Position numbers and translations under genes: made by a program. Positions 8,498-18,463 of a DNA stretch of 64,000 nucleotides are shown piece by piece; the stretch's first letter is position 1; each line of letters starts with the position of its first letter. The DNA is from Polyangiaceae bacterium (GTDB lineage Bacteria; Myxococcota_A; Polyangia; Polyangiales; Polyangiaceae). The DNA is taken from positions 1-64,000 of the forward strand of contig JBILLK010000010.1 in assembly GCA_044376115.1 (NCBI GenBank), written 5' to 3'. The notes under the pieces are model-generated. The model saw only the letters and a list, made by a program, of their open reading frames with translations. It had not been told where the DNA came from and ran no database searches.

Positions 8498-9013
8498 TCC
8501 CGGGTAACGCCTCTGAAATGCGGCGTACCGGGCTGCAGCGTCCAGGCCGAGAAGCTCGTACTCCCGTTCGGCCTTCAGCAGCAGCAGCGCCTCGGTCGCG
8601 CGGATGCGGAAGCGCGCCCAACTTGCGTGGGAGCGGGCGAGCGTGACCACCTCTTTGGCCGGGAGCGTCAACAACCGCGACGGTTGCTCCGCGACGATCC
8701 AAGCGCGCGATGGCCTGCCGGAGATGAGGTCGGCGAGCGAGCCGGAGAACGCTCCTGGCTCGATGAAGGCCTTGGTGCGCTCGGTGCCGTCGGGCAAGAG
8801 GAAGTGTTCACGCAAGAGCCCCGAGACCACGACCGCCACTTCGTGCGCACGGTCGGCTGCGCGCAAGAACGCCTCGCCTTTGAGCAGACTGCGCGCGCTC
8901 AGCTTGGGAGCCGCCGCCGCCAAAGCCCGCTCGTTGAACGGGCAGACCTTGCGCGCGGCCGCGTAGAACAGCGCTCGATCGCTTGGATCGACGGTGACCG
9001 GCATGCCGCCCAC
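8378..9013 (-). CDS. Crp/Fnr-family transcriptional regulator
   Basis: cNMP-binding-like fold, C-terminal VASYLGITPVHLSRLR HTH. Confidence 0.9.
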   Translation of the reverse strand: MGGMPVTVDPSDRALFYAAARKVCPFNERALAAAAPKLSARSLLKGEAFLRAADRAHEVAVVVSGLLREHFLLPDGTERTKAFIEPGAFSGSLADLISGRPSRAWIVAEQPSRLLTLPAKEVVTLARSHASWARFRIRATEALLLLKAEREYELLGLDAAARYAAFQRRYPGLEAMVAARHVASYLGITPVHLSRLRRLRTLEARAQARAR

Positions 9014-9064
9014 GATAGCCGGTTGCGCGTTCCCGCGGGACGTCGTTCATAATGGCCCCTCCCC

Positions 9065-10324
9065 TTGCCTGCCTTCCCTTTCCCTTTGTCTGCCCGCTTG
9101 GCTCGCGCGCGAGGCCTCACGCTCGCGCTGTTCGCCTGTGCGTCCTGTGCTGCAGCGTCCTGTGAGGGCGACGCTGGTTCGGCGCGCGCAACAACCAGCA
9201 CCACGCTGGCCACGGCGACCGCGGCAGGCAGCGCTGAAGCCGACGCTAGCGCTGCCCTAGCGGACAGGAGCAACCTTCCGCAACCAGCGGCCACGAGCGC
9301 AGCCAGCGCAACCTCCGACTCCGAGCCGCGTATGCCTGGGCCCAACCGCGCGCGCGGAGAAGCGGCGGTTTTACGCAATGCGGAGTGTGTTGGCTGTCAT
9401 CGCGACGTGGGTAGCTCATGGCTCTCTTCGCGACACGCGAGCGCCTTCACCAACTCGGCGTACAAGAGCGCAGCAGCCCGCGAACCGAGCGCCTTTTGCA
9501 ACGGCTGTCATGCGCCCGAGGCGAAGCAAGCGCTGGCTCCCACACCCAGTGAAGGCGCGCTCGGCGTCGGCTGTGTGAGCTGTCACCTCGGCGCGGAGCC
9601 GATCATTCTCGCAGCCACACAGCCTTCCTCAACCGCGGACCAAGCCGCTCCGCCTAGCCAAAACAAACGCGAGCAGGCGGGGCCGCACGAGGTGCTTCGT
9701 TCGGCGCAATTTGCAGCCGCGGGAGCCTGCGCTGGTTGTCACGAGTTCCGCTTTCCGCTGGAGACGCGGAACGAAGACGAAGCGTTCATGCAAACGACGA
9801 TGCGTGAGCACGCTCGCTCTCCAGCGAGTGAACGGTCGTGCGCGAGCTGCCACATGCAAGAGCGAGGCGGGCTTCGTTCGCACAGCTTCGCCGAGGTGCG
9901 CGATGCAACGTGGGTGCGCTCCTACCTCAAAGCCAGTGCAGACCAACGACCCGACGGGACGGTGCGCATCACCCTCGAGCAAACCTACCCGGGCCACGCC
10001 TTTCCGACCGGCGATCTGTTTCGCAGCGTCGAGGTGGGAGCCGCGCTGCGACAAGGCGGCAAAGAGCTCGCACGCGACGTGAGTAGGCTGACGCGATATT
10101 GGGGGCTCGCAGCGGCGAGCTCGACGAGGCCGCTATTGGCGGACACGCGCCTCTTCTACGAGCCGCTGGAGCTCGATCTAACGCCGCGAGCAGGGCCGCT
10201 CCCGAAGGGTGCGACGCTCGAATGGTGGGTCACGCTGCAGCGGGTCGCGACCCTCGGCGATCATGCAGGTGGGCCAAGCATCGAATCCGAGCTACCGCTC
10301 TGGCGAGAGACCGTAAAGCGTTGA
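9065..10324 (+). CDS. Multiheme c-type cytochrome lipoprotein (5 CxxCH)
   Basis: CVGCH, CNGCH, CVSCH, CAGCH, CASCH; GHAFPTGD; start uncertain. Confidence 0.85.
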   Translation: MPAFPFPLSARLARARGLTLALFACASCAAASCEGDAGSARATTSTTLATATAAGSAEADASAALADRSNLPQPAATSAASATSDSEPRMPGPNRARGEAAVLRNAECVGCHRDVGSSWLSSRHASAFTNSAYKSAAAREPSAFCNGCHAPEAKQALAPTPSEGALGVGCVSCHLGAEPIILAATQPSSTADQAAPPSQNKREQAGPHEVLRSAQFAAAGACAGCHEFRFPLETRNEDEAFMQTTMREHARSPASERSCASCHMQERGGLRSHSFAEVRDATWVRSYLKASADQRPDGTVRITLEQTYPGHAFPTGDLFRSVEVGAALRQGGKELARDVSRLTRYWGLAAASSTRPLLADTRLFYEPLELDLTPRAGPLPKGATLEWWVTLQRVATLGDHAGGPSIESELPLWRETVKR

Positions 10325-10378
10325 GCGAGTCATCGGCCTGAACTTGTCGGCGAAGCGCACCTCTGCGATGATTTCGGC

Positions 10379-11809
10379 ATGCAATCACGTGTCGTTCGGT
10401 GGCTGGCTTGCATCGGCCTTTCAATCACGGCTTGCGGAGACGGGACCAGCGCGCCGACGAGTGATTCGGCCAAGGCCGCCCCCGCGAGCGCCTCGGCGAA
10501 AAGCTCAGCGGCCTCCGTGGCCCCTACCGCGAGCGCCAGCGCCAGCGCTCCCGAGGCGCCGAAAGCCCCGCCGGTGCTCAGCCCTGCGCGCATCTTGGAG
10601 AAGGAGCTTCCCGAGATCTCCGGAGTGTACGAAGTCAGCGGCGAGCTGTTGGTCTCTGCGGGGCGTCGCGTCGGCCGAGTGAACGGCAACGCCGTCGAGT
10701 GGGTCGCCGAGGTTTCAGGGGAATCCGGCGCCTTCGGCACGCGCTTCATCACCTGGGTCGGCGGTCGTTACCCCGACGCGCTCGACGGATACATGAGCTT
10801 CACCAGTCCGCGAGCACCGGTACCGACCTACGTCCCGCTCACCGGCAAAGGGCAGGAGATCCCGTTCGCTGGCGGCGGCGGTGGCGGCTGGCTCAACGGC
10901 GCTGTGTGGGTGGGCGAATCGCTGGTGGTCCAGGGCTCCGACATGTTCGAAGGACAACGCATCATCGCGGGCCGCGGCAAAGCCATTCAGCGCTATTCGG
11001 TGCCCGCTGAGTCGCAAGGTTGCGAGAGCAACGGCTTCGCCAACGCAGCCGTCAGGAGCTCGGCATTTGGTGCAGCTGCGAACGGCATGTTGGTCGCGGC
11101 CGGCACCCATTGCAAAGACGAAGGAGCCGCGCTCGAAGTCTGGGCACCCAACGAGACGAAAGGGAAGATCGTCAAGCTCGAGCCTGGCCTTCTCGGCAAG
11201 TCGCCATCGTTTCAGAAGGTCTATCCAGCAGGCAGCGACGGCGTATGGATCACGAGCTCCACCGGCATCCTCGAGTTTCGCAACAACACGGTAAAGATGC
11301 TGCCGGAGCTCTCGTCCTACAGCGATTCAACCATCTCCGAGGGTGCGCTCTACGTCGCGGATGGGCTCGCAGTGCATCGCCTCGACAACGGCGCGTGGAC
11401 GAAGGTAGCGAGCTTCAACTGGAACACCAGCTTCGGACGCAACATGGTGCTGCACAAAGGCAAGTTCTACCGAGCTTCGGTTGGGCTCGAGGAGTTCATC
11501 CCCACCACCAGCATCGAGTTCAGCGCGGATTGCACGACGCCCTTCGTCTGGCTCTACGACGTCAAATCGGAAACGCCCAAAGGCTTCGCGTTTCCAGCGA
11601 CGCGCAAAGCGCTCGCGAACTTCGCTGAACGCAAATCGATCGCGCTCGTGGAGTTCGCTGGGTCCACGCGCAGCTTGGGCGTCTCGGTACCGAGCGAGGC
11701 TGTTGGCAAGGCGGTGATTGAGCACCTCAAGACCACCATGAAAGAGGAGAAGCCGCGCCTGCTCTGCCTAAAACCGCAGATCGGTCGCACCATCGAACTC
11801 GGCCAATGA
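10379..11809 (+). CDS. Hypothetical lipoprotein, probably beta-propeller-rich
   Basis: Lipobox ITAC, Ala/Ser linker, beta-strand-rich body. Confidence 0.75.
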   Translation: MQSRVVRWLACIGLSITACGDGTSAPTSDSAKAAPASASAKSSAASVAPTASASASAPEAPKAPPVLSPARILEKELPEISGVYEVSGELLVSAGRRVGRVNGNAVEWVAEVSGESGAFGTRFITWVGGRYPDALDGYMSFTSPRAPVPTYVPLTGKGQEIPFAGGGGGGWLNGAVWVGESLVVQGSDMFEGQRIIAGRGKAIQRYSVPAESQGCESNGFANAAVRSSAFGAAANGMLVAAGTHCKDEGAALEVWAPNETKGKIVKLEPGLLGKSPSFQKVYPAGSDGVWITSSTGILEFRNNTVKMLPELSSYSDSTISEGALYVADGLAVHRLDNGAWTKVASFNWNTSFGRNMVLHKGKFYRASVGLEEFIPTTSIEFSADCTTPFVWLYDVKSETPKGFAFPATRKALANFAERKSIALVEFAGSTRSLGVSVPSEAVGKAVIEHLKTTMKEEKPRLLCLKPQIGRTIELGQ

Positions 11810-11917
11810 TGCTGCGGGCACGGCTCCCGAGCTGCAGCGCCCTGGACCCGCTCGGGAACCGCTTTTCGACCCAAGTTCGGCTTGGCCGCGGCTGGTTTCG
11901 GTGGTTGGATCGCCGTC

Positions 11918-12460
11918 ATGGGTATGCACGGTTGGCTCCTCTCGCTCTCCCCCAAACGGAAAGCGGTGCTGGTGGATGATCTAAGCCTTCTGCACGAGGT
12001 GCTCGAGGAGCATCGCCGCACGCCCGTTCGCGGGGTGCTCGAGATCGGCAAAGCCTGGCACGCGCTCGATCTCATCGTCGCCGGGGAGAACTCGAGCGGC
12101 GCGCTGGGAGACGCCGTGCTTGGCCGGCGGGGCAGCATGTTCGGCAAGAAGGGCTCCTTCGGCACGGCGCGCTTGCTACCGCCCGAAAAGGTGCGCGTGG
12201 TGGCCGACGCGCTCGACGCACTCAACGCCGAGTTGGTCACACAGCGCTACTCCACGCTCAAAGGCAAGACGGTGCATGGAGAATACGGCCCCAAGAAGAA
12301 GGGCAAGCCCGGCGATGACGACGACGACGACGATGATGACTCCGACAATCCCGATGAAGAGCGGGAGCTGGCCGAGCTCGAGCGGCTCTATCAAGGGCTG
12401 CGCGCGCTCTATCGTGCGGCGGCCAACGACGGCCACTCGGTGCTGGCGCTGATCGACTAG
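11918..12460 (+). CDS. YfbM/DUF1877-family protein
   Basis: MGM start, LEIGKAWHAL motif, LRALYRAAA C-terminus. Confidence 0.8.
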   Translation: MGMHGWLLSLSPKRKAVLVDDLSLLHEVLEEHRRTPVRGVLEIGKAWHALDLIVAGENSSGALGDAVLGRRGSMFGKKGSFGTARLLPPEKVRVVADALDALNAELVTQRYSTLKGKTVHGEYGPKKKGKPGDDDDDDDDDSDNPDEERELAELERLYQGLRALYRAAANDGHSVLALID

Positions 12461-12484
12461 AGGCTGATGCGGCGGCGGGCCGCG

Positions 12485-13063
12485 TCAGCGGCTCGCGTCG
12501 GCGAGCAGCAGCGCACGAAGCGAGTCGAGGAAGGCGCTCTTGTGAAAGCGTTCGTAGTCGCTGAGCGTCGTGAGTGAGCGTGGGTCCTTCACGCGATCGA
12601 CGAACAACGTGCCGTCGAGATGGTCGCACTCGTGCTGCAAGATGCAGGCGGCCAAACCGCGCACCTCGCGTTCGATCGGCTGGCCCGAACGGTCGCTGTA
12701 AGCGAGCTTTACGTGGGTGGACCGCGTCACCAGCCCGCGCAGGTTGGGCACACTCAGGCAGCCCTCGTAGTTGTCGAACGTCTCTTCGCCGAGCGGCGTG
12801 ATCACCGGATTGACCAGCACCAGCAACGGGATGTCGGGCAGGTGCGGATAACGCGGGTTGCCCTTGACCTCGATCACGCAAATGCGCAATGACCGGTAAC
12901 ACTGCGGAGCGGCGATCCCAGCGCCGCTCGCGTCACGCATGGTTTCGATCAGGTCGTCGATCAGGGTCTGCACCTCCGCCGACGCGAGCTCCTGCAGCGA
13001 GACCTCACGCGCGCGCTCGCGCAGGAGCGGATGACCGATGGTGGCGATCTTCAGCAGCGTCAT
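12485..13063 (-). CDS. def: Peptide deformylase
   Basis: GIAAPQ, EGCLSV, QHECDHLDG motifs. Confidence 0.96.
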   Translation of the reverse strand: MTLLKIATIGHPLLRERAREVSLQELASAEVQTLIDDLIETMRDASGAGIAAPQCYRSLRICVIEVKGNPRYPHLPDIPLLVLVNPVITPLGEETFDNYEGCLSVPNLRGLVTRSTHVKLAYSDRSGQPIEREVRGLAACILQHECDHLDGTLFVDRVKDPRSLTTLSDYERFHKSAFLDSLRALLLADASR

Positions 13064-15114
13064 GACACCTGGGTTGGGCTAGGTGCGCCCAAAGCGCGGA
13101 AAACATCGAGCAAGGTGCGCGCGGTCGAACCGAACCAGAGCCGCGGTAAGAACAACATCGCGAGCAGCGCCACGATCAGCAGCAGGCCCCAAATTCGCTC
13201 CTCGGCGCGCAGGTCTTGAGGCTTTCCACCTTGCGCCTCGAGCCGAAGCGCTTTGGACCACCACTTCGGCGCATCCCCGCGCAGGATCGAGAAACCGCGC
13301 GCCGCAAACACCGCGGCTACGCACCAAAGCGCGACGCCAACCACGGCCAACGTTGGCCAGCGCCCAACAGCGCCGAGCAAAGCCAACAGCGCCGCAAAAC
13401 TCGCGGCACCGCCGGGCAGCCCCGCAGCGCTCAACAGCGCAAAGGCGTACGAGGCCGAAAAGCCTGGCGCAACCGCATGCAAACCCGCGTGCTGCGCGAG
13501 CCGCGATTCTCCGGTGCGCTCGACCAGCGTCGCTCCCAAAAGCAAGAGCAGTGGCAGCGCCAAACAACGCACCGCCAGCAGCACGATGCCCGCTTCAAGG
13601 CCCTGCATCGTGCCGCTGCCGAAAGCGGCCAACGCTACGCTCGTCCCGAGCAGGCCAACGGCTGCGCTGAAGGTCGAAAGCTCTTTTGCGCTCAGCAGAA
13701 AAATTAGGGTGCAGACCAACGAAAGAGCGCCTGCCCAAAGCAGGATTTGCGAGAGCTCGACCTGCGAATGGGGAAACAACGTGAAGCTACTGCGAGCCAA
13801 GATCAGCGCGCCGAGCAGCCCCGCAAAGCCGGTCAACGGAGCCAACGTTGGTCGCATCGCTCGCTCGAGCCACGAATGGAACGGCGGCACGCCAAGGAAG
13901 AAGCCAGCGCTGGCGAGCCCCAAGAAGATGACCAGCGTCGGCGTCGCTTGCGCGTGCGGGTGCAGCGCGATGCGCGCGAGCTCGGGCAAGGCAGCCGAAT
14001 CCCCGGCGAGCTCGGGGTGTTCTGCCAGTGCGCTCCCTGCCACCAAGTGACCGAAGGCGGCAAAACAGAAGGAGCCCAACACCACGCCCAAAGCGATTTG
14101 CGCGTTGCCTTCACGAAGCTTGCGATCGGCCGCAGCGGTGGTCCACAAGAGCGCGAGCGCAGCGATCGCGACGACCAAAACCGCCAGCGCGGAGAGCGCG
14201 AGGGACTGCGATAGCACGAACAACTTGCAGGCCGAGGCGAGCACGCCGTAGGCCGCGAACACCTTGACCCGCGACGTCGGACCTGGAGCCGTCGCGGCCA
14301 TCGCCACCACCAACAGCACGCTGGCGCAGAGTAAGAACGGTGCATTGAGGCCGTCGAGCCCGAGGAACCAGTCGAGACCGGCCAACGTGCGACGCTCGAG
14401 GTGCTGCAAGCCGAAGTTACCGTCGGCTCGACCCAAGGTGCGGTTCATCGTCGCCACGAGCGCGACGTCGGCGGCCAGCGAGAGCCCGCCAATCGCGAGA
14501 CCGACCAGCGAGATCGCCCGCTCATTGACTCGCCGCATGCGGAAGGAGAGCAACGCGAACGCGGCCAAGAGCAGCGGCAACAGCAAGCTCACGTCGGGCA
14601 AGTCGCGCAAGAACCAGGGCCTGCGATCGAACTCGATGAACACCCGCAGATCGGGATCCCACGCCGCCGCTGAAGGGGCGGCCGACGTACTCTCGATCGA
14701 AATCACGCCTGTGCCTTGCCGAGCGAGCGTTTGCCCCGGTACCCACTCCACCGTGTAGGTGCGGACCTCGCCTGGGCCGAGCGGTTTGGTCTCGAGATCG
14801 GTCGAGTGAACGCGCACCCCCGCGGGAAACCGCGGGGCATCATCGTCTTGCGCCCAACCCACGCGATAGATGCGCAACGAGCCGGGACCCTCATTCTTGA
14901 CGCGGAAGGTGACGGCGAATTGCCCGTTCTTCGGCTCGATCCGCAGGCTCGGAGGATCCAGCAAGACCGCCCGACCGCGTTCGCCCGGAGGCGGCTCGAG
15001 CGGGCGATCTTGGCCTTCAATCGAAGGCCGCGTCTCGCCCATATGGGCCAACACAGTGTGCGGCGCAAAGCCGAGCACCACCAACGTGAGCAGCAGAACG
15101 AAAAGACGCTTCAC
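13060..15114 (-). CDS. Degenerate NuoM/MrpD-like membrane protein with N-terminal Ig-like domain
   Basis: FLGLDGLN, GVPPFHSWL, GLHAVAP, AGLPG motifs of antiporter-like subunits; signal peptide and beta-sandwich N-terminus. Confidence 0.75.
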   Translation of the reverse strand: MKRLFVLLLTLVVLGFAPHTVLAHMGETRPSIEGQDRPLEPPPGERGRAVLLDPPSLRIEPKNGQFAVTFRVKNEGPGSLRIYRVGWAQDDDAPRFPAGVRVHSTDLETKPLGPGEVRTYTVEWVPGQTLARQGTGVISIESTSAAPSAAAWDPDLRVFIEFDRRPWFLRDLPDVSLLLPLLLAAFALLSFRMRRVNERAISLVGLAIGGLSLAADVALVATMNRTLGRADGNFGLQHLERRTLAGLDWFLGLDGLNAPFLLCASVLLVVAMAATAPGPTSRVKVFAAYGVLASACKLFVLSQSLALSALAVLVVAIAALALLWTTAAADRKLREGNAQIALGVVLGSFCFAAFGHLVAGSALAEHPELAGDSAALPELARIALHPHAQATPTLVIFLGLASAGFFLGVPPFHSWLERAMRPTLAPLTGFAGLLGALILARSSFTLFPHSQVELSQILLWAGALSLVCTLIFLLSAKELSTFSAAVGLLGTSVALAAFGSGTMQGLEAGIVLLAVRCLALPLLLLLGATLVERTGESRLAQHAGLHAVAPGFSASYAFALLSAAGLPGGAASFAALLALLGAVGRWPTLAVVGVALWCVAAVFAARGFSILRGDAPKWWSKALRLEAQGGKPQDLRAEERIWGLLLIVALLAMLFLPRLWFGSTARTLLDVFRALGAPSPTQVS

Positions 15115-15116
15115 CT

Positions 15117-17162
15117 TCAGGCCTCGTCCTTGGCGGAGGTGGTTGTATCGCGCTCGCGAAAGAGCCGTGCGGGGAGCGAGAGCGGTGCGCCGGCGATCGC
15201 CCAGAGCTGCTCACCCCAACCGCCCTCGGTCACGCTCGACGCAGCGAAGGCAGGCCGCTCCAGCGGCTTGCGACTGCGAGCGATGCGCGAGGCAACGAAG
15301 GCGAGCCCCCAAGGAGGCAACATCAACAGCGGACCAACCAAGCCGAGCGAGCTGTCGACCACGAAGGGTCGCAACAAGAGCGTAAGCAGCATCGGTATTG
15401 CAACGGCCATCAACGCCAAAGGCCGCGATGAAGCGCTAACGCGGGCGGCCTGCTGAGGCTCACACAAAAGCAGGCTCAAACTGCTCCAAGCGATCGCTGT
15501 AGCAAATGCCCCGAGCAGGCCTTGCGTAAGCGAGCTCGCGAAGCCCGCGAGCGCGACGCACCCCGCCGGCAACGCCACGCCGAAGAGCGGGATCGGTAGA
15601 CCGAGCGCCCATTCGACGAAGTTGCGTGGGCGCGGCGCATCGCTTGGCTCCGCGGTCTTGACCGGCTGTTCGACGCGAGGCTCTGCGGCCTTCTTTTTCT
15701 TGCTCTTTGCGCCTGCCGATTTGCCGCGCTGGGCCTCCGGCTCAGGCAAAGCATCAACGGGCACAGCGACCGTGCGTGACGCTGTCCCCGACTCGGTGAG
15801 CGCGAAGCCGAGCAGGCCCAGGGCGAGCAGCGCCAAGACCCCTGCTTCGGCGTTGCCGGTGAGCAAGCCGACGGCGCTCAAGCCGACCGCTGCGGCAGCG
15901 CCCGAGGCCCGCTGCGAGACCGAAAGAGCGAGCACGAGCACCACCGCCGCGAGCCCCCAAAGCAGCAGCGACGACGAGCCGATGACCGGCGTCAATCGCG
16001 ACGCCGTAGCTACGAGTCCGAGCTGCCCGAACAGCGCGAAAGGCTCGAGCAAGCCGGCGCCGCGCCCGAGATGGCCCGCGACCGAAAGCAACAGCGCCAG
16101 CACCAGCAACCCCGCGCCAAACGTCCCTACCTTCTGTCCGGCGATGCGGCGGTTCGGGATGGACGGCGCTTCCACCGACTTGCCGAGAGAGCTCCCTTTC
16201 GCGTCGACCTGCGCGCGAATCTCGACGAAGGAGAGCGTCGAGCCAACCAAGCCGATCACCGTCTCTTCGCCCGCACGGATGTTGACGGTATCGAGCAAGG
16301 CGGCCTCCACACCTTCCCCAGCGATCAGCGCTCCGTCACCGGGAACGATGGCGATCTTCTGCAGGCCCACCGGTACCTCGAGCCGCGTGAACGGCGTGCG
16401 TGCGATGGGGTTGGAGCGGGCGAGCTGCGTCTCGGTGGCTACCCCGAGATACAGATCCGAGCCCGGATGCGAGAGGACGGTCAGGTAGCCCACCGCTCGC
16501 GCATTCGCGAGCGAACGCGTGCGCTCACCTTCCTCGCCCGAGATAGCGAAGCGCGCGCGGTAGTCCGAGAGGTAGCGTTGTTCATCGAGCCATTGCCCGC
16601 CCAAGCTCCAGAACAGCAGCGCGGCCGCCGCGGTGATCGGCAGCAGCGCCGAGAAGCGCAACAGCACCGCTCTCATCTCGGCCGCCACCGCGGCCGACGC
16701 GATGGCGAGTCCGGACCACAAGAGCGCCGTGGCAAAGCCGTTGGCGAGCACCGCCGCGGTGCTGAGCGCACCGAACCAAAGCGCTGTTGCGAGCGAGAAG
16801 GGCGCGCGGCCGTGCAACCGCTCGACCCGCAACGCGCCACCAATTGCACCGGCGGTGAGCAGCAACGCCGCGAGCGCGAAACCAAGCGCAGGGCGGTCCA
16901 ACTGATGCCCTAGCACCAGGTCTGCGGAGCCCACGCGGAAGAGCCGCAGCACCGCCGAATCCACCACCGTGGCGCCACGCAGCGCCGCTGGCATGGCCAA
17001 CAGCACTGGCAGACAGGCCACCAGCAACGCAACCATTGCGAGCACCAACGGCAACGCACCGCGACGCCGGCCCAGCCCCCTCACAATCAAGCTTCCAACC
17101 AGCAGCACCAACGGCGCGATCGCGAGGGGCAAAGTCGAAGAAACGATCGAAAGGTCCACCAA
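15117..17162 (-). CDS. Degenerate NuoL/MrpA-like membrane protein with inserted PEGA-like domain
   Basis: N-terminal TM-TM-beta-hairpin (LFRVGSADLVLGHQLD), GSTLSFVEI; insert GYLTVLSHPGSDLYLG...RTPFTRLEVPVG; directly upstream of NuoM-like gene. Confidence 0.6.
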   Translation of the reverse strand: MVDLSIVSSTLPLAIAPLVLLVGSLIVRGLGRRRGALPLVLAMVALLVACLPVLLAMPAALRGATVVDSAVLRLFRVGSADLVLGHQLDRPALGFALAALLLTAGAIGGALRVERLHGRAPFSLATALWFGALSTAAVLANGFATALLWSGLAIASAAVAAEMRAVLLRFSALLPITAAAALLFWSLGGQWLDEQRYLSDYRARFAISGEEGERTRSLANARAVGYLTVLSHPGSDLYLGVATETQLARSNPIARTPFTRLEVPVGLQKIAIVPGDGALIAGEGVEAALLDTVNIRAGEETVIGLVGSTLSFVEIRAQVDAKGSSLGKSVEAPSIPNRRIAGQKVGTFGAGLLVLALLLSVAGHLGRGAGLLEPFALFGQLGLVATASRLTPVIGSSSLLLWGLAAVVLVLALSVSQRASGAAAAVGLSAVGLLTGNAEAGVLALLALGLLGFALTESGTASRTVAVPVDALPEPEAQRGKSAGAKSKKKKAAEPRVEQPVKTAEPSDAPRPRNFVEWALGLPIPLFGVALPAGCVALAGFASSLTQGLLGAFATAIAWSSLSLLLCEPQQAARVSASSRPLALMAVAIPMLLTLLLRPFVVDSSLGLVGPLLMLPPWGLAFVASRIARSRKPLERPAFAASSVTEGGWGEQLWAIAGAPLSLPARLFRERDTTTSAKDEA

Positions 17163-17198
17163 GGCCCTGCGATGACGCAGTTTCGCCGCGGCGTCAGC

Positions 17199-17786
17199 TC
17201 AAAATGAGTCCGCGCGCTCCAGCGCTTCCTTGAGCGCATGCAGCGCACGAGCCGCTCGCGATTTCACGGTGCCAAGCGGAACCCCTTCACGGGCAGCGAT
17301 CTCCGGATAGGAGAGCCCTTCGAAGAAGGCGATCTCCAACGTGACCCGCTGCGCGGCAGGCAGGGTGTTGAGGGCGTTGCGCACGCGTTCCCCCTCGCGC
17401 AGCGCCGAGAGCGAGCCCTCCGGGTCGCGTGGAGCCTCGGGCAGCTCGTGCCTCAGCTCCGCCTCGGCGATCTGTGCGCGACGCGAACGACGCCGCGCGC
17501 GATCCAACGCCAAGTTGCGCACCGCCGTGATCAACCACGCCGCCACAGAGCCGCGCGACGAGTGGTACTGCTCCGCCCGCTTGGTGACGGCGACGAAGGC
17601 ATCTTGAACCACGTCCTCGGCCTCGGCCGCGTCACGCAGGATCTTCAACGCCAGGCCAAAGGCTGTCTGCCCGTGCGCGTCGTACAGCACGGCGATCGCC
17701 GCGACATCCCCAGCCTGGAGACGTTCCATGGCAGCGAGATCAGCGAGATCCCGGTCAGCCTTGGAAACAGCCTCCACCTCGGTCAT
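17199..17786 (-). CDS. ECF sigma-70 factor (SigK-like)
   Basis: AEDVVQDAF region 2; GLSYPEIAAREGVPLGTVKSR region 4. Confidence 0.93.
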   Translation of the reverse strand: MTEVEAVSKADRDLADLAAMERLQAGDVAAIAVLYDAHGQTAFGLALKILRDAAEAEDVVQDAFVAVTKRAEQYHSSRGSVAAWLITAVRNLALDRARRRSRRAQIAEAELRHELPEAPRDPEGSLSALREGERVRNALNTLPAAQRVTLEIAFFEGLSYPEIAAREGVPLGTVKSRAARALHALKEALERADSF

Positions 17787-18463
17787 GCCTCCTCTTGCAT
17801 CGCTTTAGCCCCCGCCTGCGCAGCGGCCTCCGCGCTAAACCCTGATACGTGCCGAATGCCCCGCCATACGGCCTCATAGCCTTCTCGCGTTTCGGACGAG
17901 AAGCCGAGCACTGGAACTCCGGAGGCTTTCTTCAGCGCGGCCAGTGTCGAGGCCTTCTTGGACGCTTGGATCTTGTCCACTTTGGTCGCCACCACCAGCA
18001 CACCGATCGGCGTAGTTTTGCGAGTCTCCGCGACGAACGTCAAGAGCTCGAGGTCATCTTCCTCGAGCCCGCGCCGTGAATCCACCAGCAGCACGAGCGC
18101 CCGCAACGAAGAGCGTTTCTTGAGGTAGTTCTCGATCAGCTCCGCCCATTCTGAGCGCTCGCTCTTGGAGCGTTTGGCGAAGCCGTAGCCCGGCAAATCA
18201 ACCAGCACCAGGTTGAGGTTGTCGCGAGCCCGCGCGGTAAAAAAGTTGATCTGCCGCGTACAGCCCGGGGTCGCGCTCACGCGCACCAAACCGCGTCGGC
18301 TGGCCAAGGTGTTGATGAGCGAGGATTTACCGACGTTGGAGCGGCCTGCAAAGGCGATCTCCGCGCCGGTTACTTGCAGGGTGGCCTCATCCGCGGGCCG
18401 GGCGATGGCTCCGACAAACTCGGCGTCGATGATGTCACAGGGAAGCGAGACTGAACGCGTCAT
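17783..18463 (-). CDS. engB: Ribosome-biogenesis GTPase YihA/YsxC
   Basis: GRSNVGKSS, TPGCT, DLPGYG, TKVD. Confidence 0.95.
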   Translation of the reverse strand: MTRSVSLPCDIIDAEFVGAIARPADEATLQVTGAEIAFAGRSNVGKSSLINTLASRRGLVRVSATPGCTRQINFFTARARDNLNLVLVDLPGYGFAKRSKSERSEWAELIENYLKKRSSLRALVLLVDSRRGLEEDDLELLTFVAETRKTTPIGVLVVATKVDKIQASKKASTLAALKKASGVPVLGFSSETREGYEAVWRGIRHVSGFSAEAAAQAGAKAMQEEA

